Source of the DNA: Chrysemys picta bellii
Taxonomy: Eukaryota
Assembly: GCF_011386835.1 (NCBI RefSeq)
Contig: NC_088802.1
Coordinates: 3,038,001-3,102,000, forward strand
Length of the DNA: 64,000 nucleotides
Direction of reading: 5' to 3'
Part shown: positions 24,928-37,485 of the stretch, one piece after another
How positions within the stretch are numbered: the first letter of the stretch is position 1
Layout: each line of letters opens with the position of its first letter
Translations under genes and position numbers: made by a program
The notes under the pieces: generated by a model
What the model saw: the letters and a program-made list of their open reading frames with translations, nothing else
Databases searched by the model: none
Told to the model about the DNA's origin: nothing

Positions 24928-27900
24928 ATGGCGAAGCTGCTGAGCTGTGTGCTGGGGCCGCGGCTGTACCGGGTCTATCGGGACCGGGGGCCGGCCAGGC
25001 CCTCCCGAGACGGGGATGAGGCAGCCGAGGGGGCCCAGGATGGTTCTTGGGTGAGTCCGCCTCCTCTCCCCGCGGGAGACAATGGTATCGCCCGGGCTCC
25101 CGTTATCTCTATGGGGGCCTGGGAAAGACCATGGCGGGGAAAGGGGGCAGCTCCCCATTGTCCATCATGGAATGTTCTGAGCCCCAGGATCTTGATATCC
25201 CCTCTGGGCGATACCATAATGGAACATGAGGGGGGGTTGGTCTTCTGGGCTGCTCCCCGTTATCCAGCATGGTATCCCCAGGGGATTGGTACCCCTCCCT
25301 TGGGAGAGACCATTGTAGCACAAGGAGCGGGGTGAGCTGAACCCCTTTCCTTTCCATTCTGCAATATGGTATTGACAGGCACCCCCTTTTGGGGGAGACC
25401 ATTGTAGGAAATTGGGGGGGTCACAAAGAGTTGGACCTTCCCCCCCATTATCCAATGGTATCGTCCAAACCCCGTGGCTATTGATACTCCCTTGGAAAAA
25501 CCATTGTAGGACATGGGGGGGTGCCACGCTCTTTCACTTGATATGGTAGCTGCTAGCCTTTGAGGTAATGATGTTTTCACCCACTCAGGAGAGACCACTC
25601 AGTAGGAAGATGGGTGTACAGGGCCTCTCCTAGGCTCTAGTGTATTGATATCCCAACAGGTCAGTCCACTGTGTATGGTACTTGAAGAAATCCAGTTCCC
25701 CCCATTATCCGGCATGGTATCTTCCAGACCTTAGGGTATTAATATCCACCTGGGACAGACTATTATAGGAAATGGGGGGAGGAGAGTACCAAGGGGGCAT
25801 CTTACCCCTTTCCGCTATCTGATATCTCCCAGCCCCCCAAACATAAATATCCCCCTTACCTTGACTCCCATTCTCACCCTGTTGCCATCCCCCAGCAGTT
25901 GGCGTGACTCCTGTGTGTGGCCTTGCTCAAAATGGCCACCATGATGCCATCCCCCAGAGGTGCCAGGTTGGCGTGACTCCCGTGTGATGTAAAAAAAAAT
26001 GGCTGCCATGGCCCCATCCCTGAGGCCCAAGTTGGCCTGACTGCAAAACGCTGTCACCAAAATGGCTGCTGTGTGTCCACCGCAGAGGCACGAGGTTGGC
26101 CCAGTTCCAGCATGGCGTCACCAAAATGGCTGACATACCCCCACCGTGCCAGGTTGGCGTTACTCCAAAATGGCTACTGCTGCTGCTTCCCCCTCCCTGA
26201 GCCGCCATGTTGGCGTGCCTCCAGTATGGCCGCCGCCTTGTCGCTCAGGAGGCATTGGGTTGGCATGACCCCCCCCCCCATGTGACCTCACCAAAATGGT
26301 CACCATGTCCTTCGATGGGTGGTCCAGGTTGGCGTGGTGTTGCTGCCTCTCTCGCCCCCATGGGTCCCACATTGACTGATTCCAGCCCTGTGGTACATGC
26401 CCCCTCTCCCAACCCGTAACACCCTGTTGGCTCCTTGGTGGCAGGATGGGGATCTGTCTGGGTTTTCCCCCATCTAACTTGGAGGCTTAACTCCCAGTTT
26501 CCCCCATGCCCTGCCGGTCACCCGAACCTCCAGGGGCTCAAAGGGACCCCCAGGGTGCTTGAAATGACGTGGGGTCTCTCCCACCAGGAGTCGTACTACC
26601 AGCCGCGGACGCTGGAGAAACATGCTGACAGCATCCTGGCCTTGGTGAGTCCCCCTGCGCCTTCGGGGCTGGGTCATTCAGTGGAACCCAGGCGTCCTGG
26701 CTCCCAGCCCCCGCGGTAACAACTAGACCCCACTCCCTGCACTCCCCACCCCCCCGGGTCCCTCTCACTCCTCCATAACCTGCCCCAGAGGGAAGCAATG
26801 ACTCACTTCGTGCAGCGAAAACATGTTTGTCTCTAATCCCGTCCCACGGGTCCTGGCTGGGTTAGATACTCCAGCCCTGCGGCTGCCTGCAGGCCCTGCC
26901 CTGAGGTGAGCCCCAACCCGCTCCCTGCAACAACTGGGATAGAACCCAGGAGTCCTGGCTCCCAGCCCCCCGCTCTAACCACTACACCCCACACCCCTGC
27001 TGGAGCTGGGATAGAGCCCAGGAGTTCTGGCTCACAGCCCCCCTGCTTTAACCACTACACCCCACATCCCTGCTGGAGCTGGGGATAGAACCCAGGTATC
27101 CTGGGGGTGGGTTTTGTTGGCTGTATCATCCTACCGACCCTCTCTTCTGTTCCTTGCAGGCGTCAGTGCTTTGGTCTATTTCCTATTACACTTCCCCCCT
27201 GGCTATGTTCTACTTGTACCGAAAAGGTAAGGGGTGCTGCGCTGCCAGGTGTGGGGCTGGCGGGGGTCAGCCAGGGGCACTCTCCCCGGCTGTCAGGGCT
27301 GGCCCCAGGGCAGTGCTAGGGGGTGCTGTGCTGCTGGGAACCGGGCTGGGGGTTTCAGCCGGGGGCGCTCTCCTCTGGCCCTTGCTCAATTCCCAATTGT
27401 GCCTGCCTTAAACATCCCACCCTGCAGTTATCTTCATAGCTGTGATTTCCCCTTCACTTCCTGTCCCAAATGGAGTTATGTCGTTGGGCTACTGCCAGAC
27501 CCCGCCCCATAGCTGGCTGCATCTCACGCCAAGTGAGCCATCTCAGTGCAGCGTTACATGCGGCTGTTCCCCAGCTGCCCCACCCCAGAGGTGGTTGCAT
27601 CTCAGTGCTGGGCAAGCCGTCCCTGTGCAGTGTTATGTGCAGTCATTCCCCAGCTGCATCACTCCAGGCTGATTTCCTCCCTGGGGGCCCAGCTTGGGTG
27701 CCCACTGAACCCTGGCTCTCAACCCCCCCGCAGGATACCTGACCCTGTCGAAGGTGGTTCCTTTCTCGCACTACGCTGGGACCATGCTGCTCCTTTTGGC
27801 CGGGGTCGCCTGCCTGAGAGGTGAGGAGTGGGGGCTGGTGGTTAGAGTGGGGGGGAGGGGGCTGGGAGCCAGGACTCCTGGGTTCTCTCCCTGGCTCTGA

Positions 27901-30900
27901 GAGGGGAGTGGGGTCTAGTGGGTTAGAGCAGGTGGGGGCTGTAGCCTGGACTCCTGAGTTCTCTCCCCGGCTGTGGGAGGGGAGTGGGGGCTAGCAGTTA
28001 GATCGCGGGGTCTGGGAGCCAGGATTCCTGGATATGCCAGACGTCTCTAATTCCGTGTCTCTGTTGCAGGCATCGGGCGCTGGACCAACCCCCAGTACAT
28101 CCAGTTCATCACCATCCTGGAAGATAGCCACCGCCTCGGCACCCCAGAAATCAAGGTGAAGGGGGTGGGGGGGGGACCCCGACCTCTCCCTCTCCCTACG
28201 ACCGGGGGAAAACAATGCAGCCCTCCTCCCATAGTCTCCCATGATGCTCAGGGGCCAGCCCTGCCTATATCTCCCACGATGCCTTGCTGCCCCTTCCCCC
28301 GGTGCCGTTTCCCATCTCCCATGGTGCCTGTGGCTTCCCTCGGTGCCAGCCCGTTTCCCAGGATGCTGGTGGCCCAGCCCCTCAGCGTTGTGCCTCCCAT
28401 GGTGCTCGGTTCCCCTCCCTTGCCACACTGGGGTTGAACTCACCTGCCGGAGCAGCCCCCGGCCAGCAGGGGATGCCGACATGCTGCTCACTCTGCCATG
28501 GGGGTGGGGGGCTGGAATGACCCATTCTAGCCGGGGGGGGAGGGGAGGGGCGGGGAGTCTCCACACACCCCTCCGTCGCTCTCTCTAGGTTCGTCTCACC
28601 CTCCTTCCTTTCCCTCTCTCTCTCTCTCTCTCTCTCTCCGTGCTGCAGAAGAAACTCGCCAGCTACAACTTCGACTTCAGGAGCTGGCCCGTGGACTTCC
28701 GCTGGGACGAGGTCACTAGCCGGTGGGTGCAGAGAGAGAGCCCAGGAGTCCTGGCTCCCATCCTCCCCGCTCTAACCACTATCCCCCACTCCCCTCCCAG
28801 AGCCGGGAGAGAACCCAGGCGTCCTGGCTCCCGGCCCCCGCTGTAAGCCCCTTGTTTGCTGCCCTGCAGGTCAGACTCCCGGGGCGTCTCGCTGATGCAG
28901 CCGGAGCCCAAACATCGGAGCGCGGCCAACGGCTTCCTCCATGCCATCAAGAAGCTGCCCTGCCAGATCGCCAGGTAAGCTCTGCCCCCTGGCACTCAGG
29001 GGAGGGGCTTAGCTGGATTCTGGGTTCCCATTGGCTGGAAGGAGGGGTGCAGAATGCTTGGAGGGGTTCCTAGAAGCCGGGGAGACCCAAAGCATTATGG
29101 GAGTCATGGCGTCAGCACCAGGGCATCATGGGAGATGTGGGAGGGCAGAGAGGACTCCTTGGTGCTGATTGGCCAGACGGGATGGGAGGAACTGGAACAT
29201 TAGGAGCATCTCCTGGATGCTGATTGGTCAGCCAGTGGAGGGGGAGGTGGCTTTGGAATGTTGATGGAGGGGTCCTGTCTGCTGATTGGCCACAGGGATA
29301 GGAGGGCACGGGGGTTCTGGAATGCTGAGAGGGAAGGATGCTGATTGGCGGAGGGCTGGTGAGTGGGGCTTGGAATGCTGAGGGGATCCTGGCTACTGAT
29401 TGGCTAGGGGTCCAACCCCGCGGCTTCTGGCTGGGGGAGGGGGTGGAATCCTGCCTTCTGATTGGCTGGAGTGCCTCTTGCTGCCTATTGGCTGAGGGTA
29501 AGTGGGACATGGGACCTGTGGATCCCAGATGCTGATTGGCTGGGGAGGGACAATCATGTGATTTTCATCCCTGACCATAAATGGATCTCCTGGATGGTGG
29601 GGGGCAGATCTCATGGATGTGGGGGGGAGGGAGGCAGGGTGGATTGTCTTCCAAGGGAGGGGCAGGGGAACAGCGCCATCCCCACCTACCGCCTCCCTCT
29701 GCCCCCCCAGCTACATCGTGGCGCACACGTTCGGGCGCAGGATGCTGTATCCCGGCTCCGTCTACCTGCTGCAGAAAGCCGTCATGCCCATGCTGCTGCA
29801 GGGCCAGGCCCGCCTGGTGGAGGAGGTGAGTCCAGGAGGTACAGGATGCGGCTGGGGAGAGAACCCAGGAGTCCTGGCTCCCAGCCTCCCCCCCCCCCCC
29901 CCCCGCTCTAACCCACTAGGCCCCACTCACTTCCCCAAGCTGGGGAGAGAACCCAGGAGTCCTGGCTCCCAGCCCCCCCCACCCCCAGCCCCCCCGCTCT
30001 AACCCACTAGGCCCCACTCCCCTCCCCAAGCTGAGGAGAGAACCCAGGAGTCCTGGGTTTCCTGTTTAACCCCGCACCAATCTCTCCCCCGGCGGCCCAG
30101 TACAATGGGAAACGAGCCAAGCTGTTAGCCTGCGATGGCAACGAGATTGACACGATGTTTGTGGACCGTCGGGAAAGCTCCGAGCCCCACGGCAAGAAAC
30201 TGGTGAGCATTTCTCCACTTGGCGGCAGGGGCTCGGTCCAGCCGGGACGTGGGTCGCGCTGACGGGGTGGGGGTCTGGATCCGGAAAGCAGGGACTCTGG
30301 GGGGACAAATCCACGGCCCAGGCACTCCCCATGACGAAGGGGCGAACCCCGTCCTGGTAGCGGGGCGGATCGAGCGGGAGGTGGCGCAGTGCCGGGCAGA
30401 TGGCTGATGGTATAAAGTGCCAATAATTCATAACGAAAGAGCCGATCACAGGGCAATCGGGGCCCCGTGGGCTGGAGGCAGCGCCAGCCGCTTGGCGCCG
30501 GCCAGTGAGGATTGGGGGGCCCCCACTTGGCACTGGCCAGGGGCGTTCGGGGGCCTCTCCCTCAGTGTAACGGTTTCCTGCCTCCCGGACGACAGTGTCC
30601 GTAGCAGCTCTGTTCCCAGCGCTGCCTCCTCGGTGCGTAAGGACACAATGCCCAGCTGGGGTCCAAATTTGACCAGGCTGAGCCACCTCACCCACCCCAA
30701 GGGAGGGGCCCGGCTTCGCGCTGCGCTCATAATGCCCCCTCCTGCCAACCAGGAGGGTGGGGGAACAACTTGAAAACAGTCCCCTGGCCAAGGACAGGAC
30801 TCCCTGCGCTGGCCTGAAATGGAACTGAAGCCACGGAGTATTTTAATACATAGGGGCAACTTCCTCCCCACCAAAATGCAGCTGACTCTGGGGCGGAGCG

Positions 30901-33900
30901 GCTGGAGAACAGCCGCATGGCGATGCTGCAGCAACTTACGATGGGTCCTGGGGGGGGGGGGGGGGAGATCCTGTATCTGATTTTAGGGAGGCCGAATGGA
31001 TGTGCCCAAGTTGGGGTTCAGCCGGGACCCTCATTGTCCCCTCTGTGTCCCCCACCCACCCCCAGGTGATCTGCTGCGAAGGCAACGCTGGATTCTATGA
31101 GGTCGGCTGCCTGCCCACCCCCCTGGATGGTATGATCCAGCATCACTGGGGATCTTCCCCCCTTTCCACTTGGGTAGGATCCGATCCCTTTGGCAGGAGT
31201 GGGGCACAGCTCTGCTTGGACCAATCAACTTCTATGCATCGGGGTGGGGGGGAGGCACTGCTTTTGGACCAAGCTACCTGCTCTGGATGGGGGTGGAGAC
31301 TGGGGTGGGGGGGTGTCTCCCTTTGGATTAGCCCATTCCTGTGCTTTGGGATAGAGGGTTGGCTTTTGGACTCATCCATTTTTTTGTATGTGGGGCGACA
31401 GGTTAGGGCAGCCCCATTTGGGCCAATCCACTTTTCCTTGGGATGGTCCTAGTTGGACTAACCCATATCACTGTGCAGGATGGGGGTGCAGGAATCAGGT
31501 AACCTTTCTTTGGCCCAATCCATTTCTCTGCGTGGGATAGGGGTTCATTGGGAAGGATCCATTTCTATTTGGGGAGGGGGTTGGGGCTGCCACCCTTCTG
31601 TCTGCCCTAGGGCACTCCAGTTTGGGGGGCACAGGTTGTCCTAAACTGCAGGATACCAGGGGGTGAGTTGTGCCCCCCCATACTCAGCAGTGGAACTGCC
31701 CATCAGCTCCCCACACTTTGTTGCAACCGATGATCTCTCTGGCATCTGCCCAGTGGGTTCTGTCCATGCTGCGCTTGGCCCCACGTTAACCCCCTCCCTG
31801 CTTCTCCCTCCCAGCCGGCTACTCGGTGCTCGGATGGAACCACCCCGGCTTCGCTGGCAGCACGGTGAGTCTGGGGGTCCCCAGAGCTGGGGAGAGAACC
31901 CAGGAGTCCTGGCTCCCAGCCCCACCCCGTTCTAACCACCTGACCCCACTCCCCTCCCAGAGCTGGGGAGAGAACCCAGGAGTCCGGTCTCCCAACCCCC
32001 CCGCTCTCCCCCGCAGGGCGTCCCCCTGCCGCAGAACGAGGCCAACGCCATGGACGTGGTGATGCAATACGCCATCCACCGCCTGGGCTTCCCGCCCGAG
32101 GACATTGTGCTGTACGCTTGGTCCATCGGGGGCTTTACAGGTACCGGGGGGGCCGGGGAGGGGGGGGAGGAACCATGGGGCTGGGTTGGGGAGGGAGGGA
32201 CCATATACGAGGGGAGAGTCAGAAGTGGGGACACATCCAAGCCCTGCTCCAGGCGGGTGTCTGTGTTTGAGCGTATGGGGGGGGGGGGGGCTGATCTAGC
32301 CCCCACCCACCCTGCTGACATCCTCTCTCCTGCAGCCACATGGGCGGCGATGTCGTACCCGGACATCAGCGCCCTGGTGCTGGATGCCTCCTTCGACGAC
32401 CTGGTACCCCTGGCGCTCAAGGTCATGCCAGAGAGCTGCAGTAAGTGACCCCCCCCCCCCCCCCCCTTCTGCCCACATGGTTCAGCCCTTCCCCCTCCTC
32501 ACACCGCCCACGTGGTTTGGCCCCTTGCCTCAAACACATGGACTAGTCTGAGAATCCAGCGGCCTATCCCATCTCATAAGTCTCCCACTTTCCGATCCCC
32601 CAGCAGGTCATATGACCCCACCCAGCCACTCAGAATTCCCCTCTGAGCCGTGACATTCTGGAGTGTCCCATGTGTGGCGGCGGTAGGGGTGGGCAAACCC
32701 AATTGGCTGCGAAAACGGAGGAAGCTTTCATTATCAGGTGGCAGGCGGGGGTTAGCGTCCTCTCCCTGAGAGGTTCCATTAGCCATTTGTGCGGGGGATT
32801 AATTTCCTCCCCTTGTGGAAAATGGGTCAGTCCACTGTGAATACAACCGTCCCTGTTGCAACCAGTGTTCTGTCCTGCACCTGCAGCGAGACATTGACCG
32901 GGCTGGGTTGCCAGAGATCAGCTCCCAGCCTCTGGCTGCATCTATCGCTCGTTAGTGCCGAGCCGCTTTTAACCTAACGATCGTTGTTTACGGTCTAGAG
33001 GCAACCTACAGTCACTGTTGCAACTGATGTTCTGTATCACACCTGCCTGGTGGCACGATGTGGGGCTAGATTGCTCTGATCTCTCCAGCAGGTAGGGTGG
33101 CCTAGTGGATAGAGCGTTGTACTCTGGGACCTGGGGTTTCTTTCCGGCTCTCGCTGGCCTGCTGGGTGATGTCACCATTCTGTGACTCTGTTTCCCTATC
33201 TGTAAAATGGAGCTGATGGGACTGGCCTCCTTCATAAAGCTCTTTGAGATCCTGGAAATGCACTGTGTGAGACCTCCTGGTCTGTATCGCCCTGCCGCAA
33301 GTTAGCTAGCGCTTGTACCGTATCGCCGTTGCAACCGATGTTCTATATGGCACCTGTCTGGAGGCAGATCAGTGCCAGTCAGCTGGATCGATTTGATCTC
33401 TTACTCTTCGGAACCCTGTCGCAGCTCACGTTCGGTGCCCCACCGCAGCTGTTTAGGTCCCTCTGAGCTCTCTTCACACCTTGGAAACTGAGGCAGAAGG
33501 GACCATGGTGGTCATCTGGTCTGGCCTCCTGCGTAACCCGGCCTGGAGAACGCTGCTGAATTAATTCCTGGTTGAAGTTTTAGAGGGAAATGTTCTTGGC
33601 TGAATCTAGCTAAAAAATTAAAATTAAAAAATTAAACACTGTTGCAACTAATGTTCTATGTGGCACCTATCTGGAAGCGGAGTCTGGCCATAGCTGGGTA
33701 GATAGGTTTCCGAGGAACGAGCAGGATTGAAGCTATTTATTAAGCATGGTGTTGACGAAACACCCCCGGGTGTTTCGGAAACCCCCCTGGGTGTTTCTGC
33801 AGCTAGGTCATACTTGACTCTCCACGATTTTGTTTTTGAGTTCTAATTCCTCTGAAACCTGCATGTCCTAGGAGGGCTGGTCACCAGGACGGTGAGGCAA

Positions 33901-36173
33901 TACCTGAACTTGAACAACGGCGAGCAGCTTTGCAGGTAAAAAGGGAAACTGAGGCGCGGACGGCTGGGGGAAGTTGAGACCTGACGAATGTCGGGTTCGC
34001 AGGGTGGCGCTCTGCAGGCGTTCGGCTCAGAAAAACCCAGCCCCGGACAACGGGGTGTGGTTGTGAACCTCCATCTGAAGCCAAATCTCTGGACCCAGCC
34101 CTGCTCAACTCCGGGCCTTACTGATAACCTGTGGAACTGCCTGCCACATTATTTCATGCATATTCGTGGCTAAATCCTTTCTTCCCCAATCCCTCCAAAC
34201 TCTTGTCCTCGTATCCTGTGGCAGCTGGCTCCATAGCCCAATAATGAAGTCTAAGTCTCTCCCTCTATCCTGGCCTCTGGTATCAAGTGGCAGGTTGATC
34301 AGGACAATATCATGGGGTGGGGAGTTCCGCAGGTTAACGGTATCCCTTCTTGAACCTAGCCACAATCTTGGCCCTCAGGATTAAGCCTCGGGACTACTTG
34401 CCACTGGTGAAATATCTCATCTTGGACGGGTGGAGGACGGGGGGTTGTTAATTCACTATCTCACCCACCCCACCCGGTCATGTGGCCTCGCTTAGCGGTT
34501 TATTTCTATTTCTTTGTTTCCCAAGATACCAGGGGCCAGTGTTGCTGGTCAGAAGAACGAAGGATGAAATTATCACCACCACGTGAGTAAAAGTCGGGGA
34601 GGGATGTGGGGGTCTAGTGGTTAGAGTGGGAGGAGACGGCGGCGGGAGCCAGGACTCCTGGGTTCCATCCCCAGCACAGGGAGGGAAGTGGGGTCTAGTG
34701 GGTTTGGGGAAGTGGATTCTGCAGTTCTAGTGTGCCATATAAAGAATTCAGAGAACCGTCAAACTCATGTCAGTGAAGAGTCTGGAAAATACCCTTAACT
34801 CTGCCCCCCTGTTGGTGTGCCTTAGGGTCCCAGAAGATATCATGTCAAACAGGGGGAATGACCTGCTGCTGAAACTCCTCCAGCACCGGTGAGTTGGGGG
34901 AGCCCAGGGCTGGGACCGCAGGGGGAGTGAGGGACACCACCGGAGCACTGCGTGTCTAACCCCCCCTCCCCCCGTTCCAGGTACCCCAAGGTGATGGCCG
35001 AGGAGGGGGCGCGAGTCGTTCGGGAATGGCTAGAAGCTTCCAGCGCCGTGGAGGAAGGTAAATGCTCTAACCACCAGCCCCCACTCCCCTCCTAGAGCTG
35101 GGGAGAGAACCCAGGCGTCCAGCCCCGCTCTAACCGGCCCCCTCCCCGCAGCCTCGGTGTACAGCTCCTATGAGGTGGACGAGGACTGGTGCCTGTCGGT
35201 GCTGAGCTCCTACCAGGCCGAGCGCGGCGGCCACTTCCCCTGGAGCGTAGGTGAGTGTGGGGCGGCAGCGAGGGCGGCCAATGGGATGCCGGGGCCGCAG
35301 CTCGGACCAATCAGCTCGGCATGGGCGGGAGGATCGCTGGGCTGAGAACCGGCCAGCGCAGGTGCTGGGGATCAGCCCGTGGGGGGGTTTCCACCCAGGG
35401 GGTGGCTGGGAGGCGAGGGGGGGTTTGGAGGGGAATCGGGCGGGGGGGTTGGTCTCTTCCTGACTTTTGACCTTTCGCCTTCCCCACAGGGGAGGACATG
35501 ACGCCCGAGGGGCGACGGCAGCTGGCCCTGTTCCTGGTGAGTGGACCCCGATAGCCCCTCCCTCCCAGCGGTGGGGGTGAGCGTGAGGCCAGGAGCCAGG
35601 ACGCCTGGGTTCTATCCCCGGCTCCGGGAGGGGAGTGGGGGTTAGTGCTTAGAGCAGGGGGGGGGGCTTGGAGCCAGGACGCCTGGGTTCTCTCCTGGCT
35701 CTGGGAAAGGAGTGGGGGTTAGTGGTTAGAGCAGAGGGGGGGCTTGGAGCCAGGATGCCTGGGTTCTCTCCTGGCTCTGGGAAGGGAGTGGGGGTTAGTG
35801 GTTAGAGCAGAGGGGGGGGGCTTGGAGCCAGGACGCCTGGGTTCTATCCCCGGCTCCGGGAGGGGAGTGGGGGTTAGTGGTTAGAGCGGGGGGGGGGGGG
35901 GGGCTTGGAGCCAGGACGCCTGGGTCCTCTTCTGGCTCTGGGAAGGGAGTGGGGGTTAGTGGTTAGAGCAGAGGGGGGGCTTGGAGCCAGGACGCCTCGG
36001 TTCTCTCCCCGGCTAGTGGCTACAGCAGGGGCTGGAGCATCCCTCCCTGCCCCCCATCACTGATTCCCTCCCTCTTCTCTGCCCTACAGGCCCGGAAGCA
36101 CCTGCGGAACTTCGAGGCAACACACTGCACCCCACTGCCCCCCCCAGCCTTCCGTTTGCCCTGGCACTTGTAG
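24928..36173 (+). CDS. ABHD16A: ABHD16A (BAT5) phosphatidylserine lipase, 549 aa, 20 exons
   Basis: Exons 24928-25050, 26588-26644, 27160-27226, 27734-27820, 28070-28155, 28649-28722, 28870-28974, 29711-29825, 30101-30202, 31066-31129, 31815-31864, 32017-32140, 32336-32440, 33872-33935, 34526-34582, 34826-34888, 34981-35057, 35152-35250, 35490-35536, 36090-36173. All GT-AG with compatible phases, 1650 nt open. MAKLLSCVLGPRLY start, nucleophile motif YAWSIGGF, end EATHCTPLPP..PWHL. Confidence 0.98.
33091..33272 (+). mobile_element. MIR/CORE-type SINE in ABHD16A intron 13
   Basis: tRNA-like head (ggtggcctagtggatagagc) and CORE-like ctgtttccctatctgtaaaatgg...cttcataaagctctttgagatc. Confidence 0.7.
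35580..36012 (+). repeat. Tandem array (~6-7 units) of the tRNA/SINE-head-like ~72-bp unit, ABHD16A intron 19
   Basis: ggagccaggacgcctgggttctctcctggctctgggaagggagtgggggttagtggttagagcag repeated in tandem. Confidence 0.92.
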
Positions 36174-37317
36174 CCGGGGAGCCCCCCCCCCCCCCCGTCA
36201 TGCCCATCGATTGCACTGACACACACACACCCCGTTGGTCTGTTTTATATGGAGCCGGGTGCCCCCCTCCCTGCTGTGTGTGAGCCCCCCCGCCCGCCGC
36301 ACGCTGTAAATCCGCCCCCAGCCCCAAACCTGGGGGGCCCCCCGAGCTGGAGAAATTAACAGTAAAGAAGGTATTTTTTGTACTTCGAGTCTGTCTGTCT
36401 GCGGCGATGCAGCCAGCTCTGGGGGGCAGCCCCCCATGCCTGGATCCACAGCCCGGCCGCCAGGGGGCCCTGACACACAGTGGCTCCACTTTCCTCCAGC
36501 AGGGGGCAGCCCCTCGTTCCTAGGCCTGCCGGGGTGGCCTCTCTGGCGCCCTGATGTGGGCGGAGACGGGGCGAGGTGGGTGCCTAACGTTCATGCTGGC
36601 AGCCGCTTCAAAGCGGCCCTGCGGGGGCCTGGGGAACTCCCAGCTACTGGATGTGGGGCCAGATTGTCTCCCAGGGCGGCTGGCTGCAACGTGTCCCATC
36701 GGGCCTCTTCTCCCCTATGGGTTCTGAGCCCCCTTCGCCAGGGGTCACCCCTTCGCCAGGGGTCACCCACCCTCGTTAGCCTGCGGTACTCTCTCTCTCA
36801 CACGCCAAGGCCTTAATTAACCTGTAGGCCCCTGAGCGCCAGGCTCTGATCAAACCAGGACGGGGGAGGCGCTCCTGTGACCAGTCGTTAACCTGGGGAA
36901 CTCGCTGCCACTAGCTGCAGCCTGTAATTAGAACCCTGCCAACATCTCCTTTCCAATTATAACAAGCTCTGCGCTGGTCTCCTGAGCCAGGTGGGGGCCT
37001 CGTTCGCCTGGGGAACTCCCTGCCACACAAGGACTGGTTCCCGGGGCAGCTCTCTCACGCTCGATTTCACCTGGGGAATTCTCTGCCCCATGATTCCCTG
37101 CCCTCTGTCAACAGGGCAGGAGCGGCTGGGGCAGTGGGGGGGCATTTCAGCCTGTGGGGGGGCAGCTCAGTGAGAGGCCAGCGGTGGCCGCCCAGTTCGC
37201 AGGCATGAACAGCACTGGAGCGGCCATCATTAGCTTTCAGAGTGAACGCTGTGTGGCGAAGGGAGCCGGCAGCGGCTGGTTCACGCTCCCGGCAGACCCG
37301 GGCGCGGCTGGGCTGGG

Positions 37318-37362
37318 GGAAGTCTGAGCTGCTGTGATAAGGGCCCCGGCCCCTGACTCAGC
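37318..37362 (+). promoter_or_regulatory. ETS + GATA + NF-E2/AP-1 composite upstream of gene A
   Basis: GGAAGT 37318-37323, TGATAA 37335-37340, TGACTCAGC 37354-37362; identical spacing upstream of gene B. Confidence 0.6.
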
Positions 37363-37485
37363 CCCGGAGTCGCCAACCATGACGGCTCCCCACGTCCGCG
37401 CCCTCCACCGCCCCACCCCCACCCCCCCCCGTCGGTTCTGCCCCGGAGTGAGACGCGGACCCTGGCGGGGAGACGCCCTGAACCG

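Noticed and set aside
30066-30934. ORFs of 241 and 162 aa, or a snoRNA/miRNA, in ABHD16A intron 9
   Set aside because: No domain similarity and no C/D or H/ACA box arrangement that I could identify.
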